Positions 1-8,630 of a DNA stretch of 31,677 nt are shown here, one piece after another. The notes below the pieces were generated by a model. That model was not told where the DNA came from, did not search any database, and was given only the letters and a program-made list of their open reading frames with translations. This stretch comes from a virus (Duplodnaviria; Caudoviricetes): positions 1-31,677 of IMG/VR virus record IMGVR_UViG_3300020045_006907; one strand, 5' to 3'. A program made the translations under genes and the position numbers. Each line of letters starts with the position of its first letter. The first letter of the stretch is position 1.

Positions 1-107
1 GACAGTTTTTCGGAGGCAACTCCTTGTATATTCTCGTCTTGTTCTCCTTTTGCTTTATTTACGTCTTTTCCAAGACTGAAAAATGCTTTTAAATCTATTA
101 CTGACAT
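1..107 (-). CDS. 5' end of probable portal protein (runs off window)
   Basis: ATG at 107 opens MSVIDLKAFFSLGKDVNKAKGEQDENIQGVASEKL... with no stop to the window edge; portal call is from position after the terminase only. Confidence 0.5.
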   Translation of the reverse strand, partial: MSVIDLKAFFSLGKDVNKAKGEQDENIQGVASEKL

Positions 108-111
108 ATTA

Positions 112-147
112 AAAAAATAAAAGGGCTACAGCGTAATGCCGTAGCCC
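112..147 (-). terminator. Intrinsic terminator-like hairpin in portal leader
   Basis: Minus strand GGGCTACGGC-ATTAC-GCTGTAGCCC followed by TTTTATTTTTT. Confidence 0.65.
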
Positions 148-189
148 ACCTATGGTAAAAGGTAAGAGCTGAAAGAATCTTATATTTAT

Positions 190-217
190 ATTATATCACC
201 TCAATTTTTTCTGTCAA
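190..217 (-). promoter_or_regulatory. Sigma70-type promoter with extended -10
   Basis: TTGACA(217-212)-N16-TATAAT(195-190), with TGn directly upstream of the -10. Confidence 0.7.
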
Positions 218-407
218 GTGCTGTTCTTTTATAAACCATTCGCTCTGTATAAATATTCTGTATTTGATTATTGTGTATGTTTATTTCAACTTTACCGCTG
301 TCGATGTTAAAAATACCAGCCTCGATTAAAGCTATTATTTTTTCTCTATTTTTTGTGAAAGACAATATTATTTCCGGTCTTTCGTGGGCGATAAGAACTT
401 GTGTCAT
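201..407 (-). CDS. Small hypothetical protein
   Basis: ORF track 201..416; ATG at 407 overlaps the terminase TGA (ATGA coupling). Confidence 0.65.
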   Translation of the reverse strand: MTQVLIAHERPEIILSFTKNREKIIALIEAGIFNIDSGKVEINIHNNQIQNIYTERMVYKRTALDRKN

Positions 408-2032
408 AATCTCCAATCTGTTTTTTGTTCTTCGAGTTTATCGAAAAACTCTTGTGGGTTAAATTTTACTGTTTGGTTTGGCTCTACCATATAACTATTG
501 GGCTTAGGATTTATGTCGCTATTCACAATGCTGCCCATACCTGCGAATCTCATCATCCCAACGCGCCAGAATACTGTGGCTAACGCTTTGTGGTCTCTGC
601 CTGTTCTGACCCATTTATACCCCTTTGTGGCGTTAGTGTCCGGATCCAATATCTTAATTTTAGCTAAATTGTTCCAATCTGTCCAATATGTAAACCAATC
701 TTCCTCCTTACCGTGAACAGGTATGCGTTTAGTTCTGAACTCATCAACACATAACTGTATTGCCCTATTTCTGTCTACATTAACCACGCCGTGCTCATCT
801 CCCTCTCCCCATTTGGCTATTTCTTTGGTTTTGCGGTCGTTTCCTCCTAAGAAGCATAAAAATACTCTTCCCGGCCATTTCGCGTGAAATTGACGCGATC
901 CGATTAAATCTCCGCCGGCGTCTATTACGGCTATTGCCTTTTGGTATCTGGTCATCAAATCATCAAGCTCTCTGTAATCATCACAATCACCGTGATAAAA
1001 TAATCCATTTTTATTCCCCATTACATAATCAAGTTTAAGCCCTGTATCTATACCGATAACAATTCTTTCTTGTTGAGGAGGATTCCATAAACTGCCGGTT
1101 AAATTCTGCATGAATGAGTCTCTGAGAAGTTTAGATGAAGCGTCCGCGTATGGGAGTCCAAGAACTCTTGTATAAAAAAACCAATCTGTTATATCTTTGT
1201 CTTCATGTTTTTTAATTATTTCATCTGCTGATACCCACGGGGCTATCAATAACGGAACCCAATATCCACTCATTTGTCTATCTTTATATTTTGCAACCCA
1301 TTGACCGTTTTTGCGAGCGTAGTCCGGTATTTGCTTATCGCATTTTTTACACCTGAATATCCTGCGCTCTAAACATATTGACATTTTGTTGTTGTTAATT
1401 AAATCCCACGATAAATATTGCCATTCACTACAATGCGGACACTTAACAAACCAATGCTTCTGATCGCTTTTAAGCCAATCTGCGTGTATCCCTGTCTCCG
1501 GTAAGTCAGGATGACTGAATGAATGAGTTTGCTTGAATACAGAATGTTGTAAGCGCGCTTGATAATCTGCTATGACATCGAGCTTAGACGAATCTTTTTC
1601 GTCGTGGACAAGTCTGTCTGCCGTCACCATAATTGCCGCCTTTTTACTCCAAGTTCCGCGAAAGTATATCATCGATTCTCCTACTTGCTTCTGTTGAATT
1701 GAGTCCTTGTCCGCGACATCATCAATCATAGACTGATTATTCGCTATGATTCGATTCACTTTGCCTCCTACGAATACATTAACATCACTGTCTGTCGGCA
1801 AAGTGTAGATAATATCCATTTTGTAATTTTTAGCGTCGTTATGATTTTTTAAAATAGCAAGCGTTGACAATCCAATCTGCGCGGCTTTCATACAACACAA
1901 ATTCTGCGATTGGTCGGCATAAATATCAAATAAAAAAGGATGGGTATCGAAATCTATCGGCAACCCTTTTTCATTTTTGATTTGCTCGCAACATATCCAT
2001 TCGTGTATTGATTTATATTTTTGGTGTATCAT
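404..2032 (-). CDS. terL: Terminase large subunit, lambda GpA-like
   Basis: Walker A-like KAAQIGLST, Walker B LVHDE, Zn ribbon CPHC...CKKC, VLGLPY, RNase H-type IGIDTG nuclease motif; likely ATG at 2032 (track uses 2047). Confidence 0.9.
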   Translation of the reverse strand: MIHQKYKSIHEWICCEQIKNEKGLPIDFDTHPFLFDIYADQSQNLCCMKAAQIGLSTLAILKNHNDAKNYKMDIIYTLPTDSDVNVFVGGKVNRIIANNQSMIDDVADKDSIQQKQVGESMIYFRGTWSKKAAIMVTADRLVHDEKDSSKLDVIADYQARLQHSVFKQTHSFSHPDLPETGIHADWLKSDQKHWFVKCPHCSEWQYLSWDLINNNKMSICLERRIFRCKKCDKQIPDYARKNGQWVAKYKDRQMSGYWVPLLIAPWVSADEIIKKHEDKDITDWFFYTRVLGLPYADASSKLLRDSFMQNLTGSLWNPPQQERIVIGIDTGLKLDYVMGNKNGLFYHGDCDDYRELDDLMTRYQKAIAVIDAGGDLIGSRQFHAKWPGRVFLCFLGGNDRKTKEIAKWGEGDEHGVVNVDRNRAIQLCVDEFRTKRIPVHGKEEDWFTYWTDWNNLAKIKILDPDTNATKGYKWVRTGRDHKALATVFWRVGMMRFAGMGSIVNSDINPKPNSYMVEPNQTVKFNPQEFFDKLEEQKTDWRL

Positions 2033-2198
2033 GTTTATATTTTTCAATTATACCATCTTCCCAAATATCTCGGACTTCACCGCATTCGGAACAAACAATC
2101 CGCATTCCAATTTTTTTTAATGTCCAGTGATCTCCTAAGTAATGAATTACCTCTTTTACATTTATAAAATTATGCTCGCAATTTTTTATTTTTCCCAT
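2013..2198 (-). CDS. Small Zn-ribbon hypothetical protein
   Basis: 61 aa with CEH...CSECG, packed between the terminase genes. Confidence 0.6.
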   Translation of the reverse strand: MGKIKNCEHNFINVKEVIHYLGDHWTLKKIGMRIVCSECGEVRDIWEDGIIEKYKHDTPKI

Positions 2199-2202
2199 AC
2201 AT

Positions 2203-2670
2203 TTAGTTTTTAATTTCGCCGATTTCTTTAGCTTTTTCTATATTACGCTTTTTAATGTTTTCTTTTAGTATGGCGTGGAATGCTGCTATCGCTTCCTTAT
2301 CATCCGCTGATATTTCCTCTGTGCCTATTGCCCCGCTGTGCTTGATATTTAGAATATCCGCGTAATCCTCGGGCTTTTCCTTTTCCATAAATTTGAACGC
2401 CACATTAACATCATCAAGCCCTCCAATAATGGTTTGGCGGGCTTTAAGAAATGGTTTTTGCCTTAAATCGTCCAATCTGTCGGATAACTCAGGATTTTGT
2501 TTCATCCAAGTATAATATGTGTCTCGGTGAATTCCAGCGTAAAAGCACAATTCCTGCACTGTGGCGCGTATTGCGGCACATTCTTCCATTTTCCGTATAA
2601 CTTCCTCGGTAAGCTTAGTTGCTCGGCCGACATATCGATATTGTTGTTGTCTTTTTGTTGGTCTAGCCAT
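2203..2670 (-). CDS. terS: Terminase small subunit
   Basis: GRATKLT start, HTH (ELCFYAGIHRDTYYTWMKQNPE), IKHSG tail motif, upstream of terL. Confidence 0.75.
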   Translation of the reverse strand: MARPTKRQQQYRYVGRATKLTEEVIRKMEECAAIRATVQELCFYAGIHRDTYYTWMKQNPELSDRLDDLRQKPFLKARQTIIGGLDDVNVAFKFMEKEKPEDYADILNIKHSGAIGTEEISADDKEAIAAFHAILKENIKKRNIEKAKEIGEIKN

Positions 2671-2827
2671 AAATAGGTTTAATAAATCCGTCTATTGATA
2701 ATTGTTGATTTTTTTTAAAGGCACATCCCCAGCATTTAATAAGACAGTTTTCCGTTGTTCTTTCTTGCGGCGCAAAGAATTTTATTTCTTTTTCTTTTCC
2801 GCATATATTACATCTTAGTTTTTCCAT
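2663..2827 (-). CDS. 54-aa Zn-finger protein (not in ORF track)
   Basis: Manual translation MEKLRCNICGKEK...CWGCAF...IYG*, two CxxC pairs. Confidence 0.6.
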   Translation of the reverse strand: MEKLRCNICGKEKEIKFFAPQERTTENCLIKCWGCAFKKNQQLSIDGFIKPIYG

Positions 2828-2862
2828 AAAATTTTTTGACAATTTTTGATTATATTATTGCA

Positions 2863-3087
2863 CTAATCTAAACTTTTTAATTCTCTTGGGTCAATTAGAA
2901 GTCCAAATAACAATAATGGAAATAAGAATCCTTCAAGACCAAGAAAAATAAAAACTAAAACTACACCTAATACTGAACCAAACAAAAATCCAATCCAAAT
3001 TATTGTCACACTAATAGCCGCGACAATAACGATTATGTCCCATGCAACTTTTAAAAGAAATTCTATCGGTGCAAAAATATATTTCAT
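2863..3087 (-). CDS. Small membrane protein
   Basis: 74 aa, almost all hydrophobic; ATGA overlap with the GroEL stop. Confidence 0.65.
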   Translation of the reverse strand: MKYIFAPIEFLLKVAWDIIVIVAAISVTIIWIGFLFGSVLGVVLVFIFLGLEGFLFPLLLFGLLIDPRELKSLD

Positions 3088-4616
3088 ATTTTTAGGTCTT
3101 TGTCTGTTTCGATAATCATCCCAACGCCTGTAATTAGTGTTGAAACTATTGATACGGCGCTCTCTACTCCCGCCAATAACACATCAACTGGGTCAATGAC
3201 GCCTACATCCATAAATTGTCCTAATTCTTCCGTGACAAGGTTTCGCACTTGTCCCTCAGAATAATTCTCAATATCTAACCCCATATTGTCAAATAGTTGA
3301 ATTTTTGGATATTTAAGAGCTTCATTGAGTATTGGGCTGGATGTTTTGATATTATAAAGTGTTTCGCCGGCTCCGCAGACAATTCCATTTTTATATGCTG
3401 ATTTGACAGCGTGTATTGCGTCCTCTACTTTATATTTAAGAGATTTTTGTTCGTTGTCTGTTTTTGCTCCGACTTTAATTACGGCTATCGAGTTAGTAAA
3501 CATTCCCAATCTTTGCTCTAATTTGGTTCGTTGAACTTTTACTTGTTCGTTAGTGATAGCCACTTTAAGCGCTTCGACGGCTTTTTTAATTTCTTGTTCG
3601 TTTCCTTTTGGCTCGATGATAATAGACTCATCTTGACGACAAATAAATTTATTGGCTCGACCTAAGTCGGTAATTTCAGCATTTTCAAGTTTATCACCCT
3701 TGCTCTCTGTAAACATTTTAGCGCCGGTCATAAGCGCAATGTCTTCAAGCGTGACTTTTTTATCGCAACCTGTTGGCGCATTTACCGCTACCGTGAAAAA
3801 GACTCCTTTCATTCTATTCACTATTGCCGTTGCAAGCGCGTTGCCTTCTAAATTATCACAAATAATAACAAGCTCTTTAATCCCTGCCTTTGACATCTTA
3901 TCCATTATTGGCAAAATATCCTTAGTTTCAGTCATTCTGTAATCTGTAATGAGTATATAAGGCTTATCAATAACGGACTCCATTCTTTCTGGATTAGAGA
4001 TCATATATTGACTTATGTATCCGTGATTGATGTTAATGCCACCTGACATATCTACTATTGTCTCCATTATTGGAGATTTATCTATTGTTATTGTAGCATC
4101 TTTTCCAAGTTTAAAATATAGGTCAGCTATCATATCAGCAATTTTTTCATCATCAAATGAAATTAAAGCAACCTTTTTTAACTCTTCTTTTGTGGTAATT
4201 GGTTTGGCAAGTTTTTTTAATTGTTCTTGAACCTCCAATAATCCTTTGTTGATTTCTTTTTCAATTTTACGGCAATTTCGTTTGGTCTTTTTGGCAATCT
4301 CGTTGATGAGTGCCTGAACCATTATCAACGAGCCGGTTGTTCCGTCACCAACTCTGTCGTTGGTTCTTATTGCTGTCTCGCGCACGACACTTATTATGGA
4401 GTTCTCCACTGGGTCATTAGACTCATAATCGCGCGCTATTTGGACGCCGTCGTCAAATATACCCCTTGTCACTGTTGTTGATACAATGACTTTATTACTT
4501 GCCGGACCGAAAGTTGGCTTAATAAAGTCAACCATTAAGTTTACGGTGTTTTTGATTGTTTCAAATGTTTTGTCGCGAACGACAATAACTTTTTTGTTTG
4601 GATCAATGTTGCTCAT
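3084..4616 (-). CDS. groEL: Phage-encoded chaperonin GroEL (Cpn60)
   Basis: TFGP, DDGVQIAR, VGDGTT ATP motif, LEDIALMTGA, AVIKVGA, VEDA, GVIDP; no GGM tail; start 4616 overlaps upstream TGA. Confidence 0.92.
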   Translation of the reverse strand: MSNIDPNKKVIVVRDKTFETIKNTVNLMVDFIKPTFGPASNKVIVSTTVTRGIFDDGVQIARDYESNDPVENSIISVVRETAIRTNDRVGDGTTGSLIMVQALINEIAKKTKRNCRKIEKEINKGLLEVQEQLKKLAKPITTKEELKKVALISFDDEKIADMIADLYFKLGKDATITIDKSPIMETIVDMSGGININHGYISQYMISNPERMESVIDKPYILITDYRMTETKDILPIMDKMSKAGIKELVIICDNLEGNALATAIVNRMKGVFFTVAVNAPTGCDKKVTLEDIALMTGAKMFTESKGDKLENAEITDLGRANKFICRQDESIIIEPKGNEQEIKKAVEALKVAITNEQVKVQRTKLEQRLGMFTNSIAVIKVGAKTDNEQKSLKYKVEDAIHAVKSAYKNGIVCGAGETLYNIKTSSPILNEALKYPKIQLFDNMGLDIENYSEGQVRNLVTEELGQFMDVGVIDPVDVLLAGVESAVSIVSTLITGVGMIIETDKDLKI

Positions 4617-4870
4617 AGTTTTATAATACAATTATCGGGTTTGTATATTTTATGATAAACCCGCTTTGTCGCTCCAAATTTTTGGGCGAAATTTCTTAAA
4701 TGAACTTTTAAATATTCGATATTTTTAACTCGTCCCTTATAACCTTTATTCCATTTGAATTTTTTATTGCATATTAAACATACTTCCCACTTGAATTGTG
4801 GGTTTTCTTTGACTATTTTTAAATCGTGAGGTTGTCCGTATCGGCAACCTAAATCGTGTCCGTATCGCAT
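4613..4870 (-). CDS. Small basic Cys/His protein between groES and groEL
   Basis: 85 aa, C...H...CLIC; translationally coupled to groEL. Confidence 0.65.
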   Translation of the reverse strand: MRYGHDLGCRYGQPHDLKIVKENPQFKWEVCLICNKKFKWNKGYKGRVKNIEYLKVHLRNFAQKFGATKRVYHKIYKPDNCIIKL

Positions 4871-4872
4871 AA

Positions 4873-5154
4873 TTATTCTTTAATGATAGCCAACACATCC
4901 TCATCGAACAAAAGGACGTATTTAATGTCTTTTCCATTTTCTTTAAAATCTATTGTTTCGCCGGCGTATGCTCCAAATATAACTTTTTCTCCTATTTGAA
5001 TATCTGTTATTTTGGGGCTAATCGCCTTAACTATCCCGACAGCTTTTTGTTCTTTTTCCTCATTGTCGGGTATATAAATACCATTCTCGGATGTTTTAGA
5101 TTCATTGATTTCTTTTTCTACTAAAATTTGGTTATTGCGTGGTATGATTGTCAT
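4873..5154 (-). CDS. groES: Co-chaperonin GroES (Cpn10)
   Basis: IIPRNNQILVE, TSENGIYIPD mobile loop, GEKVIFGAYAGET, EDVLAII. Confidence 0.92.
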   Translation of the reverse strand: MTIIPRNNQILVEKEINESKTSENGIYIPDNEEKEQKAVGIVKAISPKITDIQIGEKVIFGAYAGETIDFKENGKDIKYVLLFDEDVLAIIKE

Positions 5155-5396
5155 AATAATTCGCTTATGTGGGTATCTAAACCCTTTTGACGGTTGCGCT
5201 CAATTATTGATTCTCTAATCTCATCATCCTCTTTTGTTGGCATAAAAATAAATCCTTTTGATTCTTGCCTTATGTTGTTTATTTTTGACTCAAAAATATT
5301 AAATTTTTTTTCTATTTCTTTTTTAAATAAAATGAGTGCTACAATAATGATAATTGAGATTAGTATTCCAACAATAATACCGAGTACAAACATCAT
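5151..5396 (-). CDS. Membrane-anchored hypothetical protein
   Basis: N-terminal TM helix; ATGA overlap with groES. Confidence 0.7.
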   Translation of the reverse strand: MMFVLGIIVGILISIIIIVALILFKKEIEKKFNIFESKINNIRQESKGFIFMPTKEDDEIRESIIERNRQKGLDTHISELL

Positions 5397-5401
5397 ATTT
5401 A

Positions 5402-5668
5402 TTAAATATTATTATTTACTCCTTCTCCCTCTACTGTCTTATTTTGAACTTCATCGGAAATTGGAGAATTTCCGGCAACGTCAGTCGCTGTTTTCTTTCC
5501 ATCGTCAATAGATTTTTTTACTTCTGCCTCGTCCATTACATGTATCCTTGACCCAATTGTTCCGTTAGGTAAAATCATTGCCAATGAAGTTAAAACTAAA
5601 TTGTATTTTTTAAGCAACTGTTGCAAGTCTTTATTAAAATTTTGAACTTTTGTGTTTATATCAGACAT
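5402..5668 (-). CDS. Hypothetical protein
   Basis: 88-aa ORF in the operon. Confidence 0.7.
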   Translation of the reverse strand: MSDINTKVQNFNKDLQQLLKKYNLVLTSLAMILPNGTIGSRIHVMDEAEVKKSIDDGKKTATDVAGNSPISDEVQNKTVEGEGVNNNI

Positions 5669-5698
5669 AAAAAAATTTTTATATGTATATTAAATTGA

Positions 5699-5831
5699 CC
5701 TATACGCCCTATGCGTTTCGTTGGAGGATTGGGGTCGGATTGTAATACTTCAATCCTATCGTTACCTCATAGTTTGTATTCACTCCAAAGATAATTACTC
5801 TTTGGCAACTCAACGCATAGGAACATATAGG
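5699..5831. ncRNA. Putative structured intergenic RNA (multibranch)
   Basis: Closing stems CCTATA/TATAGG (5699-5704/5826-5831) and CCTATGCGTT/AACGCATAGG (5708-5717/5812-5821), two internal hairpins. Confidence 0.5.
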
Positions 5832-5860
5832 GTTAAAATCCTCTTGCGAGGTTAATAACT

Positions 5861-5983
5861 CTATTCACTGACTTCATCTTCTTCATCGCTAGAATTTGTT
5901 TCAACCTGATCGTCCGCAGTGTTGTCCACACTGGTTTCGACAGAAGTGTCCATTAGTTCATCCTCATTTGGATTTTGAGACAT
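5861..5983 (-). CDS. 40-aa highly acidic peptide (not in ORF track)
   Basis: MSQNPNEDELMDTSVETSVDNTADDQVETNSSDEEDEVSE*; A-rich leader like its neighbours. Confidence 0.6.
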   Translation of the reverse strand: MSQNPNEDELMDTSVETSVDNTADDQVETNSSDEEDEVSE

Positions 5984-6015
5984 AAATTTTATATAATTAT
6001 AGCGGTTAGTTCCGC

Positions 6016-6753
6016 TTAAATTGAAAATTTTCTTGATAATTCTTCACGGATATTTTTTAAATTATCTAACTTATTTTTTAATTTTGCCTCTTCTTCCGGC
6101 GTTCTTTGTATCGGCTTAATGTCGTTATACTCATTAACAATTTGTTGTTTTTTAGGTATTTCTATGACTTGCGATTGTCTTTCTTGCGGATATTTTTTGA
6201 GATCTCCTTTAATAAAATTGATTAGCGCGGCATTGTAATCTTTATAAATTCGTCCATTTGCTTTGCAATAATTTATAACGTTATCAGCTCTTTCTTTGAT
6301 GAATTTCTCGCTAACTTGGTATTTCGCGCACATTTCGTTAATTGTCTCTTGTGGTATGTTGGTAAGATAATCTATTGACGATGTTGTTTTAAATTGTTTT
6401 TCTTTTGCTGGTTTTTGCTCGATTAAATTTAAAAATTTATTGATAACTTCAAATGCGGTATCTTCGTTAATTCTAAAATGTAGTGTTGCCGGATTTCCGG
6501 ACAGTTTTTCCTCCAAAACTCCGAGTGATAGTCCTATTTTTCGCGCCGTCTCTTGTTCTTTCCTGCTTAGTGCTGTCTCTTCGTATAATTGTCTACTTGT
6601 CTTGAAAATCCAACCGTCTTTGTCGTTCATCTTGTCACTCCAATAATATAATTGAGACCATAATATACCCAAGTTCACTGATCCGAACGCTTTAGCAATC
6701 ACCGGTTGATAGGCAATTGGACGTTTAAGTAGCTCTTTTATAATGTTTGTCAT
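6016..6753 (-). CDS. Phage replication initiator (lambda O-like wHTH N-terminus)
   Basis: RPIAY...SQLYYW...DGWIFKT...ETALSRKEQETARK...GNPATLHFRIN; C-terminal YKDYNAALINF resembles the DnaT/O C-terminal domain. Confidence 0.75.
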   Translation of the reverse strand: MTNIIKELLKRPIAYQPVIAKAFGSVNLGILWSQLYYWSDKMNDKDGWIFKTSRQLYEETALSRKEQETARKIGLSLGVLEEKLSGNPATLHFRINEDTAFEVINKFLNLIEQKPAKEKQFKTTSSIDYLTNIPQETINEMCAKYQVSEKFIKERADNVINYCKANGRIYKDYNAALINFIKGDLKKYPQERQSQVIEIPKKQQIVNEYNDIKPIQRTPEEEAKLKNKLDNLKNIREELSRKFSI

Positions 6754-6774
6754 AGTTTTGGTTTTTATGTCTTA

Positions 6775-6831
6775 ATTATAAATCATTTTTAGAGTATTGT
6801 GAAGTGGCAAAAGTGGATAACTTGTGGATAA
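6775..6831 (-). promoter_or_regulatory. Promoter of rep gene with two upstream DnaA boxes
   Basis: TTCACA(6803-6798)-N17-TATAAT(6780-6775); AGTGGATAA 6812-6820 and perfect TGTGGATAA 6823-6831. Confidence 0.7.
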
Positions 6832-6840
6832 CTCATTGTA

Positions 6841-6942
6841 TTATACGCTTACCGCCGGAAACGATTATTTTAGGGGGGGGCACAATCGCTGGCGGGAACA
6901 ATCCGGTTAAAGATACGGCGTATGCCGGCGGTAAGAGTATAA
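6841..6942. ncRNA. Putative structured intergenic RNA
   Basis: TTATACgCTTACCGCCGG pairs with CCGGCGGTAAGaGTATAA (17 of 18 positions), enclosing 66 nt. Confidence 0.5.
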
Positions 6943-7347
6943 TTATTGTAATTTTTTAAGTTCTTGCTCTAAATACTTCAATTCAAAAAATAAATCTTGC
7001 TTAAAATAACTATTAGCCTTCTGTTGTAATCGCGCGCGCCATTCATTCCCTCTCTTGGCCGTTATCCACTCAGTGAACTCAAAAGGTGTCTTGTGCGCTG
7101 AGAATATGCTATTTAGCGTGTGGTGGCCGGCGCAGAGGCACGCCCCGTTATCTATGTCGAATCGCACTGCTTTGTTGCTTCGTGAATAAATATGGTGTGA
7201 ATTAAGCGTATCAGATCGCCCGCATTTCTCACACCTATTTTTAGCGCGTTTTTTTACAATGTCCGCCCATAACTTCATACAATTCTTTTCGAGTGTCTTT
7301 TTGCGGGCATGTATATCGTTTGCTAGGACTATTTCTATTTTACGCAT
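6943..7347 (-). CDS. NinG/HNH-family nuclease
   Basis: CEKCG...HHIYSR...RFDIDNGACLCAGHH. Confidence 0.8.
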   Translation of the reverse strand: MRKIEIVLANDIHARKKTLEKNCMKLWADIVKKRAKNRCEKCGRSDTLNSHHIYSRSNKAVRFDIDNGACLCAGHHTLNSIFSAHKTPFEFTEWITAKRGNEWRARLQQKANSYFKQDLFFELKYLEQELKKLQ

Positions 7348-7424
7348 ATTTAGGTATTAGTATATTTTACATTTCTCATGTCAAATTTTCTATTTTCTCT
7401 TTCAGCATTTTCAATTGGGGCGGG

Positions 7425-8021
7425 TTATTCATAAATTTTTCTTGAACGCAAATCGTCGCAGGCGCTGCCAAGACCCCCGTAGCTGACCCTCATCTCGCCG
7501 TCGTGCCAATCGACGCGCAACGCACAACCATCGCGAGACTGCGAGCTTGTTAATGTGATATATTTCTCGTCCAAGTGTTTTCCAGTTTTTTTAAAATAAA
7601 TTTTGGTGAAAATTAGATACTCTTGCAACGACATCGTTTTAATTCCATTTTTCTGAATATCGTTATACGACATATTCGCGAGACTGTCGTTCGGCTCTTG
7701 TTCGTTGAGATATTTGTTGGATGTTTTAACAGTCGGGCAAAATTCGTCCAGTTGTTCGTCGGTATAATAACTCCACACAGGAAACAACGCCTTACATTCC
7801 GCCAATAACTCAGATGTCTTTTTCGTGCCGTCATCTACGATGATGACGAATTTATCGGTTTCGTTGTAGGTAGATAACTCTTGCTTGGCTGCCTCTTTAT
7901 CGGCTTGCGATGTTGATAGATACACCGTAATGTCATTTAATCGTTCGATGATTTCGTTTATTTTATTCGCAAGATTTTCGTGACAATAAGATTCTGTTAA
8001 TTTTTCGATTTGTTTTGGCAT
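7425..8021 (-). CDS. Hypothetical protein with C-type-lectin/DGR-target-like C-terminus
   Basis: Likely start MPKQ at 8021; ends TLTSSQSRDGCALRVDWHDGEMRV...LRSR. Confidence 0.6.
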   Translation of the reverse strand: MPKQIEKLTESYCHENLANKINEIIERLNDITVYLSTSQADKEAAKQELSTYNETDKFVIIVDDGTKKTSELLAECKALFPVWSYYTDEQLDEFCPTVKTSNKYLNEQEPNDSLANMSYNDIQKNGIKTMSLQEYLIFTKIYFKKTGKHLDEKYITLTSSQSRDGCALRVDWHDGEMRVSYGGLGSACDDLRSRKIYE

Positions 8022-8025
8022 ATTT

Positions 8026-8367
8026 TTATTTTTCCATCCCCAATAACCCCCCAATAAAATCTTTTGTTTCTTCGGATTGGTCGTCGAAGGGTAGGGATAA
8101 GTCCCATTTTTCTCCTGATATGTATTTGACGAATGCGTCCACATCTGAAAAATTATTTACTTCAACTTTATCAATTTCTTCTGTTCCAAAAAAATATCCT
8201 TTTGTATCAATCGAATAATAAACATTATCTCTTGTATTGCTTTTTTCTATCGCCCGCAAAACATCCGCAAGCTGAATGGGGTGACCGAGGATTTCAATAA
8301 ACTTTAACTCCATTATCTCCGGCACAAGTTCTTGAATTTTTTGTTTTACTTTATCGTGATAAGTCAT
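8026..8367 (-). CDS. Hypothetical phage protein
   Basis: 113 aa; GHPIQLADVLRAI...WDLSLPFDDQSEET. Confidence 0.7.
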   Translation of the reverse strand: MTYHDKVKQKIQELVPEIMELKFIEILGHPIQLADVLRAIEKSNTRDNVYYSIDTKGYFFGTEEIDKVEVNNFSDVDAFVKYISGEKWDLSLPFDDQSEETKDFIGGLLGMEK

Positions 8368-8371
8368 AAAT

Positions 8372-8626
8372 TTATTTGATTAAGTTGTTAATTTGAATTT
8401 CTAACGCTTTCAAAACTTTAAAACCAAGACCATCCTTATCCCATTTTTGTTGTTCATTTTCTATCATCTCCACTATCGCCTGCATATCGGCTTCGCGTTG
8501 GGAGTGGATAAAATAAAGGATGTTCGCTGGTCTCTGTTCTTTTATAAGTTTAACACCTGTCAATATTGTTTCGCAGACAAACTCTTTCTCAAATTTTTCC
8601 TCTACTTGTTTTTTGTTTAAATACAT
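8372..8626 (-). CDS. Hypothetical protein
   Basis: Tightly packed 84-aa ORF. Confidence 0.65.
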   Translation of the reverse strand: MYLNKKQVEEKFEKEFVCETILTGVKLIKEQRPANILYFIHSQREADMQAIVEMIENEQQKWDKDGLGFKVLKALEIQINNLIK

Positions 8627-8630
8627 ATTT

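Noticed and set aside
7355-7432. TTGACA at 7385-7380 and 18-aa ORF MNNPPQLK...
   Set aside because: No well-spaced -10 box, and the ORF is too short to support
7061-8512. DnaA-box-like 9-mers at about 7062 and 8503
   Set aside because: Isolated 8/9 matches inside coding sequence; expected by chance
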